From Escherichia coli (GTDB lineage: Bacteria > Pseudomonadota > Gammaproteobacteria > Enterobacterales > Enterobacteriaceae), in NCBI RefSeq assembly GCF_011045215.1, contig NZ_CP049201.1: a stretch of DNA of 64,000 nt. One strand, given 5' to 3'. The position numbers were made by a program, and so were the translations under genes. A model generated the notes under the pieces. The model saw nothing but the letters and a program-made list of their open reading frames with translations, did no database searches and was not told the DNA's origin. Position 1 is the stretch's first letter. Every line of letters starts with the position of its first letter. Below, piece after piece: positions 31,452 to 43,189 of the stretch.

Positions 31452-31628
31452 ATCTAACCTTTTTTAAAATGTGTTCATGATCTACAGTTAGCGCATTGGT
31501 AAAATAAGTCAAGGCAGTGTCGAAATTTATAAATAAGATAGGTGGAGCAGATTGCTAATTAGGTAATCTGCTCTGGGTAAAAATAGGGTTCATATTAAAT
31601 TCATTATGACAGTGAGGAGGGGCGGAGG

Positions 31629-32573
31629 TTACAATCTACGTTTTACTGGCATTAAAGAGATTGTTTGTTTCATAATTTCGCTAAGTTTCTTTTTCTCATG
31701 TTCTGCTATATATTTACAAATCTCATCATGTCGAATATGCTGTTCCAGTTGTTTTTTATCCATTTTGATGTCATTGCGGATAAACCATTTAATGGTTTCA
31801 ATGTCCCCGCGTAAATCATAACCTCGCAGTACAATATGGCGAAAATGTGTGTTGCTGATATCTGTCTTCTTCTTTAGTTCACTGAAGAAAGAGCTCATTT
31901 CATTTTCATTGGCACTTAGATAAACCTGGCAGTTATCAGAGATAGTAAAGTTAAGGTTTTTCTTCTGAAGCAAATCCATTATCTGCAGACTTTCGCTGTT
32001 GAGGTAGTTGAAAATTACTGGACTGCTATCCTTCATACTAATATGACGAATGAGCATTTTGGCTTTGAAATCGCCTAATGAATAGCAAATTTCAAAAATA
32101 CCGTGACCCTGGTTATCTCTGTGGTTTATATCGCAACCGGCCTGTACCATCAAATCAAAGATAGAGTGATTTTTTACGTAAAAAAGTATTGTTCTTCCGC
32201 ATTTATCCACATTGTTGACATTAATTCCAGCATTGATCAGGGTTTTGCAACAGGATATATTATCAGCTAACGAGCATAAACAGGTTTGGCCGAGACCATT
32301 TTTATGGTGTATATCTACGCCGGAATCAATCAATTTTTTCAGTATGTGAGGATTTCGCTGGTTAAACAAAACATTGTGACCATAGTTGTCAGCATGGTTA
32401 AAATCTATTCCTGCTTTAACCAGAGTGTCAATCATTCTTGGGTTTTTACAGTAAAACAGTATATTTCTTCCAAACGAATCCAGTGTATTAATATCGGAGC
32501 CTGCATTAATGCAAGCCTGAATGTCTTTTGGAGTTTTACAAGAGAGTAATGTATTTATTGCGTTGTTATTCAT
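31629..32573 (-). CDS. Ankyrin-repeat protein (paralog 2)
   Basis: 314-aa ORF with ankyrin-like repeats (GSDINTLDSFGRNILFY..., GIDFNHADNYGHNVLF...) and the shared C-terminal region; 16 bp downstream of ORF 32589-33029. Confidence 0.7.
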   Translation of the reverse strand: MNNNAINTLLSCKTPKDIQACINAGSDINTLDSFGRNILFYCKNPRMIDTLVKAGIDFNHADNYGHNVLFNQRNPHILKKLIDSGVDIHHKNGLGQTCLCSLADNISCCKTLINAGINVNNVDKCGRTILFYVKNHSIFDLMVQAGCDINHRDNQGHGIFEICYSLGDFKAKMLIRHISMKDSSPVIFNYLNSESLQIMDLLQKKNLNFTISDNCQVYLSANENEMSSFFSELKKKTDISNTHFRHIVLRGYDLRGDIETIKWFIRNDIKMDKKQLEQHIRHDEICKYIAEHEKKKLSEIMKQTISLMPVKRRL

Positions 32574-32588
32574 AATTTTTCTCCTCTG

Positions 32589-33029
32589 TTAAGCGACTAA
32601 TCTGATATAGTTGTCATGGTTGGTTTTATATTCCTTTATTTTTTTAATGTCTTCGTAAATTCGAGCGAGTGAAAACCATGAGATCTCTTTCAACATGTTT
32701 TTGTTGCTTACATACAAAATGTTACCACCGCGAAATGAAAAAGCATTATGGAATGTACTTTCATTCGTCGTTTTGAGAAATCGAATGAAATTTTTTATTG
32801 TCTCTTTTTTGTTCATGTTATAAGAGGTGAATGTATAGATAGAGAATACGGTTAAAATATTTCTCTTCGAGACCATATGTCTTGAGAAATAATCGAAATA
32901 AAATCTTTGCTCCTGAGTGTCACTTTTGCAGAAAAAAGAAAATTGTGGATTATATAATCTATAAAGATCTGCGTTCTTTTTTGTTTTGGCGAGATAGTTA
33001 GTCAGGCTTGGATATTTTGTTTTATTCAT
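32589..33029 (-). CDS. Hypothetical protein (146 aa), probably co-transcribed with ankyrin paralog 2
   Basis: ORF ends 16 bp upstream of the ankyrin gene start on the same strand; no recognised domain. Confidence 0.45.
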   Translation of the reverse strand: MNKTKYPSLTNYLAKTKKNADLYRLYNPQFSFFCKSDTQEQRFYFDYFSRHMVSKRNILTVFSIYTFTSYNMNKKETIKNFIRFLKTTNESTFHNAFSFRGGNILYVSNKNMLKEISWFSLARIYEDIKKIKEYKTNHDNYIRLVA

Positions 33030-33389
33030 TTTAGTTCTCCTTTATTTAATTAACAAAGGAAATATATATTATTAAATAAACAAAATGCAAATATATTTTT
33101 ATATTTATTTAATTAAATAGTTATATTTTTATTATATTTCATATAAGGTGTTGTTTTTCATTGTTATTTTATTTTTATCAAAAAGTGCTGTGTTTTATTT
33201 GATTGATTTGGTTTGAGAGTAGTGATTGATATAGTATGAATTGGCGATGAGGGTGTTTTAAAAAATAAATTTATCAAAGTGCAAAGGTGCAATGTGGGGC
33301 TTTGTATTAAATTAATGATGTTAGCGCCCCTTGGCTATCTAACTAAAGGTTAAAGCCAAGGGGAGAGTGTTCAGGCAGATTCAATTCAT

Positions 33390-34371
33390 AATCTTTTTTT
33401 TGTAATTGCTTTACAGGTAACTGGTTGAAGCGTTGTTCGTAAAACCTTTTGCTCTCTCTGTAATTTGTCCTGGAGGATTTCTTCATAAAAGTAGCGTTCT
33501 TTTAGCGATTCTATATCAACTTTTATATCATTACGTATTAACCATTTAATTAGCAGTCTTCCTGCATAGTGCGTCAGTAGATATGTACTGCTTATGTAAA
33601 ACCAAACATGACTAATGTCTGTCAGCTTCTTTAGTTGTAAAATTAATTTTTTAGCGTCGGCATTTGTTGGTGTTATGATACATTTATCACTTATCTCAAA
33701 TTCATTTTTTGTTTTATAAGCAATGACAACAGCTCAATTGATTTAAATGTAATGTTCTTGAGTACAATTTTTGAACTATTTGTAAGGTGAATATTACGGA
33801 TAAAAAAGCGCATGTAGTTATCATTTTTAGATTCCCAGTGCGTATATTTACCAACTATGCTATTATTTTCTGACTGCCAGTGATCGAATGCTGTCTGTCC
33901 ACTTATATTTTTATGATTAATGTCGCAACCAGCCTCAATTAGTGCATCGTACACATATCCTTCAAATGGAATGAAAAGAAAGGAATTGCCATATCTATCT
34001 TTGGTATGGATATCTAGTCCTGCTTTGATAAGATATTTTACTAACCCTGGTGAAACATCAATATGTTGAATCGCAAGGGTGCCTGACTTATTCCGGTGGT
34101 TAACATTAATACCATTGCTGACAAGAAGTTCCACTGTTTCAACATTTTGAGCATAGAATAATGCATTATTACCGTCATTATCCAAGTGGTGAATGTCAAT
34201 GTCAGCGTCAATCATTGCCTGTATAGCTTCAGGTACATTACAGGTAAAAAGAGCAGTTTGACCTTTACTATTGCACATATTTATATCCATGCCAGCCTTA
34301 AGGCAACGAAGGACACCATTTTTAGACTTTACACGGAATAGGTTATTTTTATTATTTTCTCTTGATATCAT
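33390..34371 (-). pseudogene. Ankyrin-repeat paralog 3, frameshifted at a homopolymer tract
   Basis: 226-aa ORF stops at 33691-33693; the paralog-consistent C-terminal region (...KNEFEISDKCIITPTNADAKK...LLIKWLIRNDIKVD...) continues in another frame; shift maps to the T6 tract at 33705-33710; 3' end approximate. Confidence 0.55.
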
Positions 34372-34890
34372 TGTTTATCTCCTTTTTTGTTGTTTTCAAG
34401 ATATTAATGACACCAGATTTTACGGTATTCAAATTTATTTTTGTTTTATTAGGGGGTATCTGATTTGGTTTGCTTAAGGTTATTCTTAACTTAATGGAAC
34501 ATAGGGACTTTAAGGTTATCCTATGTGATGTGGATTAACCATTTTCACAAGAATATTTATCCATATTGGAGCTAATCTGTATAAAGGAGATAATTAGAGG
34601 CTCAGATATTAATACTATAGAGAGTAATGCTATAGGATATGGAAAAGATCATGTAATATAATGGTGGTTATTAATGTTCATCTTAATTTTGGAAATTAAA
34701 TGAGTAGTGTTTTTTATGAGGTTTTTTGCTGTTGATAATTCTTATTAAAATTTGAAGAGCATCCTTTAAGTTATTCGGCTTGAGGATGCTCATTTAAAAT
34801 TTAAGCAGCGTAGTCTTTTTCAACAGCCAGGAAGGGGTGATGCTGCCAACTTACTGATTTAGTGTATGATGGTGTTTTTGAGGTGCTCCA

Positions 34891-35133
34891 GTGGCTTCTG
34901 TTTATATCAGCTGTCCCTCCTGTTCAGCTACTGACGGGATGGTGCGTAACGGTAAAAGTACTGCCGGACATCAGCGCTATCTCTGCTCTCACTGCCGTAA
35001 AACATGGCAACTGCAGTTCACTTACACCGCTTCTCAACCCGGTACGCACCAGAAAATCATTGATGTGGCCATGAATGGCGTTGGCCTCAACACGATTTTA
35101 CGTCACTTAAAAAACTCAGGCCGCAGTCGGTAA
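34891..35133 (+). CDS. insA: IS1 InsA (deletion variant, 80 aa)
   Basis: [80 protein letters not shown]. Confidence 0.85.
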   Translation: MASVYISCPSCSATDGMVRNGKSTAGHQRYLCSHCRKTWQLQFTYTASQPGTHQKIIDVAMNGVGLNTILRHLKNSGRSR

Positions 35134-35177
35134 CCTCGCGCATATAGCCGGGCAGTGACATCATCGTCTGCGCGGAA

Positions 35178-35555
35178 ATGGACGAACAGTGGGGCTACGT
35201 CGGGGCTAAATCGCGGCAGCGCTGGCTGTTTTACGCGTATGACAGGCTCTGGAAGACGGTTGTTGCGCACGTATTCGGTGAACGCACTATAGCGACGCTG
35301 GAGCGTCTTATGAGCCTGCTGTCACCCTTTGACGTGGTGATATGGATGACGGATGGCTGGCCGCTGTATGAATCCCGCCTGAAGGGAAAGCTGCATGTAA
35401 TCAGCAAGCGATATACGCAGCGAATTGAGCGGCATAACCTGAATCTGAGGCAGCATCTGGCACGGCTGGGACGGAAGTCGCTGTCGTTCTCAAAATCGGT
35501 GGAGCTGCATGACAAAGTAATCGGGCATTATCTGAACATAAAACACTATCAATAA
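35178..35555 (+). CDS. insB: IS1 InsB segment (expressed as InsAB' by -1 frameshift)
   Basis: [22 protein letters not shown]...[15 protein letters not shown] matches the IS1 InsB C-terminal region. Confidence 0.85.
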   Translation: MDEQWGYVGAKSRQRWLFYAYDRLWKTVVAHVFGERTIATLERLMSLLSPFDVVIWMTDGWPLYESRLKGKLHVISKRYTQRIERHNLNLRQHLARLGRKSLSFSKSVELHDKVIGHYLNIKHYQ

Positions 35556-35600
35556 GTTGGGACCATTACCAAATAGTTTATATGCTAAAAATTTAGGGAA

Positions 35601-38600
35601 TCATTTTCCTAATTCTCCAGCTAAAAGTTCAGCCTGCTTCAAAACAGTCTCTGTGGCGAGCAATGACATATCAGGCGGATAACCATATTTTTTGAGCAGA
35701 CGTTTTACCACCACGCGAATTTTTGCTCTTGCTGCTTCTTTCACTGTCCAGTCAAGACTGACATTGTTGCGGATAGCCTCCGTAAGTACGACTGCCAGTT
35801 CTCGTAGTTTTTCCTTTTCCATTAACTCGCGAGCACTGTCGTTATCTGCAACAGCAGAATAGAAGGCATATTCATAAGCGCTGAGGTTTAACTGGCTGGC
35901 AAGGCTGTCAGATTCCTGGATAGTCTTGGCAAGCTTGATTAGCTCATCAATTACCTCCGCTGCTGTCAGTACCTTGTTCTGGTAGCCATTGATTGCAGAG
36001 GTCAGCATATCAATCAGTTTTTTGCCTTGGGTGATACTTTGATTCGAGCGAACTTTAATCTCGTCAGAAAGCAGTTTTTTAAGCGTTTCCAAAGCAATAT
36101 TTCTGTGTTGGTAATCCTTCATTTCCTGAAGGAATTCTTCAGAAAGAACGGAAATATCTGGCTTTTGTATCCCAGCAGCGTCAAAAATATCAACAACTTT
36201 ATCGGTAACCAGAGCCTGATCGATAGTCTGTTTTACCCGAACTTCCAGACTGTCATTGTGTTCTTCTTCTGATCCGTCTGAGTTTTCAGTAAATTTATTC
36301 AGTCTGGCTTTTACTGCCTGGAAGAATGCTACTTCGGGTGCCGCTTCCATTGCTTTATCGTGCGGTGTCGCCAATGCAAATGCCTGCGACAAGGCTGCAA
36401 CCGCAGCCAGGAAACGCATTTTACCTTTACCGTTATCCAGCCCTAAAATATGGTTTTCTGATTCAAGAATAATTGTCAGGCGTTGTGAAGTAGTTGCGGC
36501 AAAGTAAGCTTTGTAATCGTAGCCATGCATCATGCCTTCCAGGATTTCCAGCTTTTCCTGCATGAGCGTTACAGCTTCTTCCTGAACCTCAGCAGGATCT
36601 CCACGTCCACCTGCATCAGAGTAAAAGGAGAGGGCTTCTTTTAAATCAGAGGCAATGCCCAGATAGTCAACAACCAGACCGCCTATCTTATCTTTATACA
36701 CACGGTTCACACGGGCAATTGCCTGCATGAGGTTGTGGCCTTTCATTGGTTTGTCGATATACAGCGTATGCATGCTGGGAGCGTCGAAGCCGGTTAACCA
36801 CATATCACGCACTATCACCAGTTTCAGCTTGTCGTCGTCATCCTTCATACGATTAGCCAGAACCTGACGTTCTTTTTTTGTGGTGTGGTGTTTAGCGATT
36901 TCTGGTCCGTCAGCAGCAGAAGAGGTCATGACGACTTTAATCACGCCATCATTTAGATTATCGCTGTGCCATTCAGGTTTTAACTCTATGATTTCTTTAT
37001 AAAGTTCAGCAGCAATACGACGGGACATGGTGACAATCATGCCCTTGCCATGATCGGCATTAGATTTTAAGCGCTGTTCAAAGTGCTGAACCATATCCGC
37101 CGCAATAGCTTTAATACGTTTTGAACTGCCAATCAAACCTTCGATTCTGGCCCATTTAGACCGTTCTTTCTGGGTAAGCGTCAGCTCGTCTTCGTTAAAC
37201 TCATCGTCGAAGTCTTCAATTAGCTGGCGACCTTCGTCACTGATGGCAATTTTGGCAAGACGGCTTTCATAGAAGATACGCACGGTTGCACCGTCTTCTA
37301 CGGCCTGTGAGATATCGTAGATATCAACGTAGTTACCAAAAACAGCAGGTGTGTTTACGTCCGTTTTTTCTATGGGGGTTCCGGTAAAGCCAAGATAGGT
37401 AGCATTGGGCAAGGCATCACGCATATATTTGGCAAAGCCGTAAACGGTGCGTTTACCTGTTACGTTGCCTTCGCTGTCTTTCACGTCAACTTCTTTGGCG
37501 CTGAAACCGTATTGTGAACGGTGGGCTTCATCAGCGATAACGACAATATTGGTTCTGTCTGACAACAACTCATAGATATTGCTGCCATCATTAGGCTGGA
37601 ATTTTTGAATAGTGGTAAACACCACACCACCAGAGGCTACGCGCAAATATTCTTTGAGTTCTTCCCGGTTGTCGGCCTGTTTTGGTGTCTGACGAAGTAG
37701 CTAGGTCGCGGAAGAGAACGTACCGAATAGCTGATCATCCAAATCGTTACGGTCAGTAATCACAACAACTGTCGGATTATCCAGCGCCAGCACAATTTTC
37801 CCGGTATAAAACACCATCGAAAGCGATTTACCGGAACCCTGAGTATGCCAGACTACGCCCGCTTTGCGATCTCCGGTTTTTTGCGCATTAACAAGATCTT
37901 TACTGTTACGTCCCTGCTGGCGCAGTGCCACTTCGGCAGAGGGGGAGTCCGCATTCACCGCTGAGGCACGAATAGTGGAAAGAACTGCTGCATTGACCGC
38001 GTAGTACTGGTGATAAGCCGCCATTTTTTTAACAGTACGGATACTGATAATCCCTTTGCTGTCTTCATGTTTGCTGGCCTCAAACACGATAAAGTGGCGG
38101 ATCATATCCAGCAGCGTTACAGGATTAAGCAACCCCTGTAATAAAACTTCAAGCTGTGGTTGGGTACTGGTGGCTTGCGTTTTACCGTTAGCAGTTTTCC
38201 ACGTCATATAACGACTGAAATCGGCAGAAACCGTCCCCGCTTTGGCTTCCAGCCCGTCAGATATCACATTAAAAGCATTGTAGTTAAACAGACCGGGGAT
38301 TTGGTTCTGATAGGTTTTAATCTGATTATAGGCACCTGTTACCGTAGCATTTTCGTCAGCGGCATTTTTAAGTTCGATAACGACTAATGGCAGGCCGTTG
38401 ATGAATAAAATAAGATCAGGTCGGCGGGTATGATTGCCTTCTTTGATGGTGAGCTGATTAATGACCAGAAATTCATTATTAGTGGGATCGTTAAAGTCGA
38501 TCAGGCAGGCCAGCTCTCCTTGTGTATTACCATCCTTACTGACTTCGATATTGATCCCTTCGGTCAACAGGCGATGAAAGGCCAGATTGTTTGCCATTAG

Positions 38601-38840
38601 ATCAGGTGTGCTGATCTGCATCACCTGTTTCAGGGCTTCCTCACACTTCTGTTCACTAAGGTGCGGATTCAGGCGTTGTAGAGCAATACGCACCTTATCT
38701 TCAAGGATAACCTGCTGATAGCTACGTAACGGATTGATTCCACTGGGTTCAATGTCCGGGCCGTAAACATACTCATAGCCCAGCCCTTGCAGGTGCTCAA
38801 TTGCCATTACTTCAATATCGGATTCGGTCATCTTTGCCAT
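35601..38840 (-). pseudogene. hsdR: Type I restriction enzyme R subunit HsdR interrupted by an in-frame amber codon
   Basis: ORFs 37701-38840 (N-terminal, helicase motif I GSGKS) and 35601-37646 (C-terminal) are in the same frame, separated by a single TAG at 37701-37703 (...[33 protein letters not shown]...). Confidence 0.8.
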
Positions 38841-38898
38841 GCGTACTGTCCTTATTGCCGCTTAACCAGAGAGCGGGCTGTACACCCGCATAATTATT

Positions 38899-40050
38899 TT
38901 ATGCTACTGATGCGATTGCTTCTTCTGCATACTGAACCCGTACTTCACCGCTCATCAGTTTGGGAAGTAAGGTATCGCGGAGTTTTTCTAAGCTATCAAT
39001 TTGTTTTGAGTTGTTAATAAGTTTACTTTCAAATGAATCTAATAACTCATTAATTATACGTAGGGAAGCTTCTGTTGGCAGATTAACATTGAACTTCTTA
39101 AGATGATCCAAGTTAACTCGTTGTCTGCCACTTGAACCTTCCATACAGCTTTCTGCATATTCTTTGAAGTCCGGGTTTCGGCACATGATATATGAGATAA
39201 AAGGATGGATTTCTTTTTTAGGACGCATAACTATGAATTCGGTAGAACCCCATCCAGTTTCATTGTCGTCTAAAAAATCAATATAGGCCGCTTTCCCATT
39301 TTCTAAACATGGGGTAATTCTGGCTAGCAAGGTATCTCGTTTAGTAAATTTAGTTCCTGAAGAAAATGGACGTCTGTAATATCCATTTGCACGAAAATTA
39401 ACAGTGCTCAGTCCAGCCATGTCCAAATAAGTAGCGTCTTGGCTTTTAATTAAAGTTCGCTTTGGATTAAAGTCAATTATCTGATCTATACTAACTGATA
39501 CACCAGTGCTATCTAAAATAAACCACTGCCTAAACAGGGTTTCAGCCATAGATTCTAGTGTTTTATTCTGGCAATGAAGCAGGTCTATTTTGTCTTTAAG
39601 AGAGGACAAAATAGAGGCGATGGCTTTTTGTTCAGATTCATCAATTGGTAAGTAAAGAGGAATCAAATTTAGCGATGCTTTATTTAATTTTGGTTGAGCA
39701 GCACCTGTTAAATAAGGAGATAGATCAAGTTGTGAAAAATATTGGATTATCAATGCCGTTAAATGGGGCTTTTTAGCTTTAAGGACATGAGCGTGATTAT
39801 TAACCCAAAATTTTCCAGTAGCTTCAAATGCTATAGGTGTTTTTCTGGAATTTAAGTTTTCTCCATCTTCAGAAATAAGGATGTAGCTGCCATCAAAAAT
39901 ATAATTGTCGATATAATCGACAATTCCTGACGCTCCATAATATGGAAAATTTCCTTTCTTATGGGCTCGTTCCATAGCACTCAAAGGAATTCTTTGTGCG
40001 TTGCAAAAATCTGCTAATTCAGTTATACAAAAATTTCTCCACCTACTCAT
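38899..40050 (-). CDS. hsdS: Type I R-M specificity subunit HsdS
   Basis: 383-aa ORF between hsdR and hsdM, start overlapping the hsdM stop; two-TRD architecture with conserved central and C-terminal helical regions. Confidence 0.75.
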   Translation of the reverse strand: MSRWRNFCITELADFCNAQRIPLSAMERAHKKGNFPYYGASGIVDYIDNYIFDGSYILISEDGENLNSRKTPIAFEATGKFWVNNHAHVLKAKKPHLTALIIQYFSQLDLSPYLTGAAQPKLNKASLNLIPLYLPIDESEQKAIASILSSLKDKIDLLHCQNKTLESMAETLFRQWFILDSTGVSVSIDQIIDFNPKRTLIKSQDATYLDMAGLSTVNFRANGYYRRPFSSGTKFTKRDTLLARITPCLENGKAAYIDFLDDNETGWGSTEFIVMRPKKEIHPFISYIMCRNPDFKEYAESCMEGSSGRQRVNLDHLKKFNVNLPTEASLRIINELLDSFESKLINNSKQIDSLEKLRDTLLPKLMSGEVRVQYAEEAIASVA

Positions 40051-41594
40051 AAAACCACCTTCGCCAGATTATCAACGATGGCTCTGTTCAGACGCGCCTC
40101 TTCTTCCAGTTGCGCTTCAAACTCAGCTTTAAGAGCCGTAAAGCGTTCTTTAAAGTCGAAATCGTCTTCTTCATCAGCAAGACCAACATAACGGCCAGGT
40201 GTCAGCACATAATCGAGTTTAGCAACTTCAGCAATGTCTACTGACGCACAGAAACCAGCGACGTCTTCGTAGTCGCCACCTTTGTTACGCCAGTTATGGT
40301 AGGTATCGGCTATGGTTTTAATATCGTAGTCAGACAGGACTTTGGTTCGACGATTAATTAAATGGCCTAAATTCCGGGCATCAATAAACAGAATTTCTTT
40401 ACTGCGATCACGATATTGGCTGCTATTTTCACGATCACGACGCATAAACCATAACGCCGCAGGGATCTGGGTGTTCAGGAACAGTTTTGCAGGTAAATTT
40501 ACGATACAGTCAATCACATTGGCATCTTTTACCAGTGCGGCACGGATATCACCTTCACCAGAACTTTTAGATGTTAAAGCCCCTTTTGCCAGTACAACAC
40601 CAGCCTGACCTTTTGGCGACAGGTGATACAGAAAATGCTGCATCCAGGCAAAGTTAGCATTCCCGGTAGGTGGGATACCGTATTGCCAACGGGCATCGCC
40701 ACGAAGCTGCTCACCGGACCAGTCAGACACGTTAAACGGTGGATTGGCAATGATAAAATCAGATTTTAGATCTTTGTGGGCATCGTTAAGGAATGAGCCT
40801 TCACTGTTCCAGCGGACGTGTTCTGAATTGATACCCCGGATAGCCAGGTTCATTTTTGCCAGACGCCAGGTGGTCTGGTTGGATTCCTGACCGTAAATCG
40901 AAATATCGTCAATATTTCCCTGATGCGCTTCAACAAATTTTTCTGACTGAACGAACATACCACCGGAACCGCAGCAAGGGTCAAAGACTCGGCCTTTATA
41001 GGGTTCCAGCATGTTAACCAGCAGGCTTACGATGGATTTTGGCGTATAGAACTGACCGCCCTGTTTGCCTTCTGCCAGTGCAAATTCACCAAGGAAGTAT
41101 TCGAATACGTGGCCTAATACATCAGCAGAACGCGCTTTGGCATCTCCCAGTGCAATGTTGCCAATCAGATCTATCAGTTCACCCAGCACAGTTGCGTCGA
41201 GGTTCTGGCGAGCGTAGACTTTCGGCAGCACACCTTTTAGCTGTGGGTTACCCGCTTCGATAAGCTCCATAGCATCATCAACCAGCTTACCGATTTCGGG
41301 TAGCTTTGCCTTAGATATTAGATAGTTCCAGCGTGCAAGCTCAGGGACAAAGAAAATGTTGTAAGCGGTGTACTCGTCTCTATCTTCCGGGTCAGCGCCT
41401 GCGAACTCGCCTTCACCAGCCTTCAGCAACTCATAATGAGATTCAAAAGAATCAGAAATATACTTAAGGAAAATCAGGCCCAGCACGACATGCTTGTACT
41501 CGGCTGCATCAATGTTCTTACGTAGCTTGTCAGCCGCTTTCCACAGGATGACCTCTAACGGGTCTGTTTTGATTTCTTTAGGTTTTCTGGCCAT
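40047..41594 (-). CDS. hsdM: Type I R-M N6-adenine DNA methyltransferase HsdM
   Basis: 515-aa ORF with AdoMet-binding motif [10 protein letters not shown] and catalytic NPPF. Confidence 0.9.
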   Translation of the reverse strand: MARKPKEIKTDPLEVILWKAADKLRKNIDAAEYKHVVLGLIFLKYISDSFESHYELLKAGEGEFAGADPEDRDEYTAYNIFFVPELARWNYLISKAKLPEIGKLVDDAMELIEAGNPQLKGVLPKVYARQNLDATVLGELIDLIGNIALGDAKARSADVLGHVFEYFLGEFALAEGKQGGQFYTPKSIVSLLVNMLEPYKGRVFDPCCGSGGMFVQSEKFVEAHQGNIDDISIYGQESNQTTWRLAKMNLAIRGINSEHVRWNSEGSFLNDAHKDLKSDFIIANPPFNVSDWSGEQLRGDARWQYGIPPTGNANFAWMQHFLYHLSPKGQAGVVLAKGALTSKSSGEGDIRAALVKDANVIDCIVNLPAKLFLNTQIPAALWFMRRDRENSSQYRDRSKEILFIDARNLGHLINRRTKVLSDYDIKTIADTYHNWRNKGGDYEDVAGFCASVDIAEVAKLDYVLTPGRYVGLADEEDDFDFKERFTALKAEFEAQLEEEARLNRAIVDNLAKVVL

Positions 41595-41754
41595 TAGCGT
41601 AACTTTGTGAAGGTGGAAGATGGCCCTATTTTGCCTTAAAGTTCCGCTTGTTACGAGCTTATACAGCGATTAATTATTATCTGGTTTTAGTGTGTTCGTG
41701 TAGCTCAGCAAGTGCAATGACTCATGGAGTAAATGCTTTGTAGCGGGATTGTAG

Positions 41755-42070
41755 ATGTCAGGTCATTGCCGTCAATGGAGCCAGTGTCATTGGCATAATT
41801 GCTGCACAGCCGATGCCACGCGCACATTCGCTAGTTCACTGTGGTTCATCGTGTGTACTACACCAGTACGCAGTCCGGGAAGTAACGGCATGGCAGAATC
41901 GTTTGTAAAGACGTTCAAGCGGGATTATGTGTACGTAGATGATCTGCTGGATGCAGTCTAAATGATGGAAACAATGGCAGAATAGATAGAGGATTATAAT
42001 AATCTGCATCCACACAAGGGGTTGAACATGAAATCGCCACGCGAATATCGTGATGCCATATTAGCAGTTA
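41755..42070 (+). pseudogene. IS3-family (IS2-group-like) transposase OrfB C-terminal remnant with internal stops
   Basis: ...NGMAESFVKTFKRDYVYV...IEDYNNLHPHKGLNMKSPREYR... resembles the IS2 InsD C-terminus (NGIAESFVKTIKRDYI...HYNEWHPHSALGYRSPREY). Confidence 0.55.
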
Positions 42071-42515
42071 ATTAGCCGTGTCCGTTTTAGCAGGGACAAC
42101 TCCAGTATTCAAAAAAGCTTTCTTAGTGCATATGCATGAGGTGAATAGATGTACAGGCTATGACAAACCATAGTTGTAATTTTTAATGTTTAAAATTCTC
42201 CGTTACAGTAGGACACTCCTTGTACATTAAATTCCATCTAAGGTTGAATTTTTAATTTAATAAGGTCGCAATCTAAAATGATGTGTATGGGGTTATTTGT
42301 AAGATGATTTTTTATGTTTGATAGTGGTGATTAAGGGAGCGGGTAATGTTTGTCTATTCAAAAATATAGAGATTCAAGGTTGGTAGCAGTTTGGCTTCTT
42401 TTCTAACCGAAGGGCAGAAAAGCAAGGGGAACTCGAAGAAGCAAGCGCAGCGGCTTCGCAGAGTTAGCCCTTGCTTCTCTTATAATTGGCATTATTCATT
42501 CAAGAACAATAGGAT

Positions 42516-42535
42516 CTTCGCTTGTACAAGCGAAG
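42516..42535. repeat. 20-bp perfect palindrome CTTCGCTTGTACAAGCGAAG
   Basis: Read directly; lies in a 1.1-kb AT-rich intergenic region upstream of the ParB-like/recombinase module, near a second inverted repeat (42414-42479). Confidence 0.8.
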
Positions 42536-43189
42536 CTATAATAAAAACAATCAATTAATTATTTTAAAAGTATTAAACAAGAACCTATTGACATTCATAA
42601 AATACAAGTTATTTATAATGTATGCCATAAATAAAAAGTTTTATGTCATATGTATCCTGCACTATGTGCAGTTAATGTACCACTTGTCCCATAGATGGGA
42701 ATATTGGAAAGGTTACTTTGTTTTGAAGTAGCCTTTCGTCCTTCAATATTAACGATTACTTATTGCTATTACCAAGTCCAGTCGAATCGAAGAACATCTT
42801 TTATCTGAAACGACTCCTAATACCCGGTTAAAGCCACAATAACTCTCGCATACGTAGACCAAAGAAAAATTATGATATTAAATATGTGATTTTTTTTAGT
42901 GTTAAGTTGAATAATTAAATACTGGAGAGTTTTCTGTGCACTACCAATTGCTGGTTCATCTGTTCTGCCGCTGATGTTTCTGACGAATCTCCCGGTGACA
43001 CAGAACTGTCCCTCTCTACCAGCCTTTATTCGACTCAATGTCCGGCTGCTGATACGCAGTTATCCCTTCGTATCAATGACTGACACTTAAACGTAATGCT
43101 TTGGTTGCTGGCGTATCTGACAGCTTCTTCGGCGTGAAGGTCGTTGTGTAAGTATACTTCTTGGTTTATTTAGGCTATATAAAACATGA

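Larger units (their letters stand above)
34836..35570 (+). mobile_element. IS1 variant (735 bp) with a 33-bp in-frame deletion in insA
   Basis: Left end GGTGATGCTGCCAACTTACTGATTTAGTGTATGATGGTG and right end ...ATCAATAAGTTGGGACCATTACC match IS1 termini; insA lacks the 11 residues CRATARIMGVG of the IS1 InsA I recall; A6C frameshift motif intact; no 9-bp target-site duplication visible. Confidence 0.88.
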
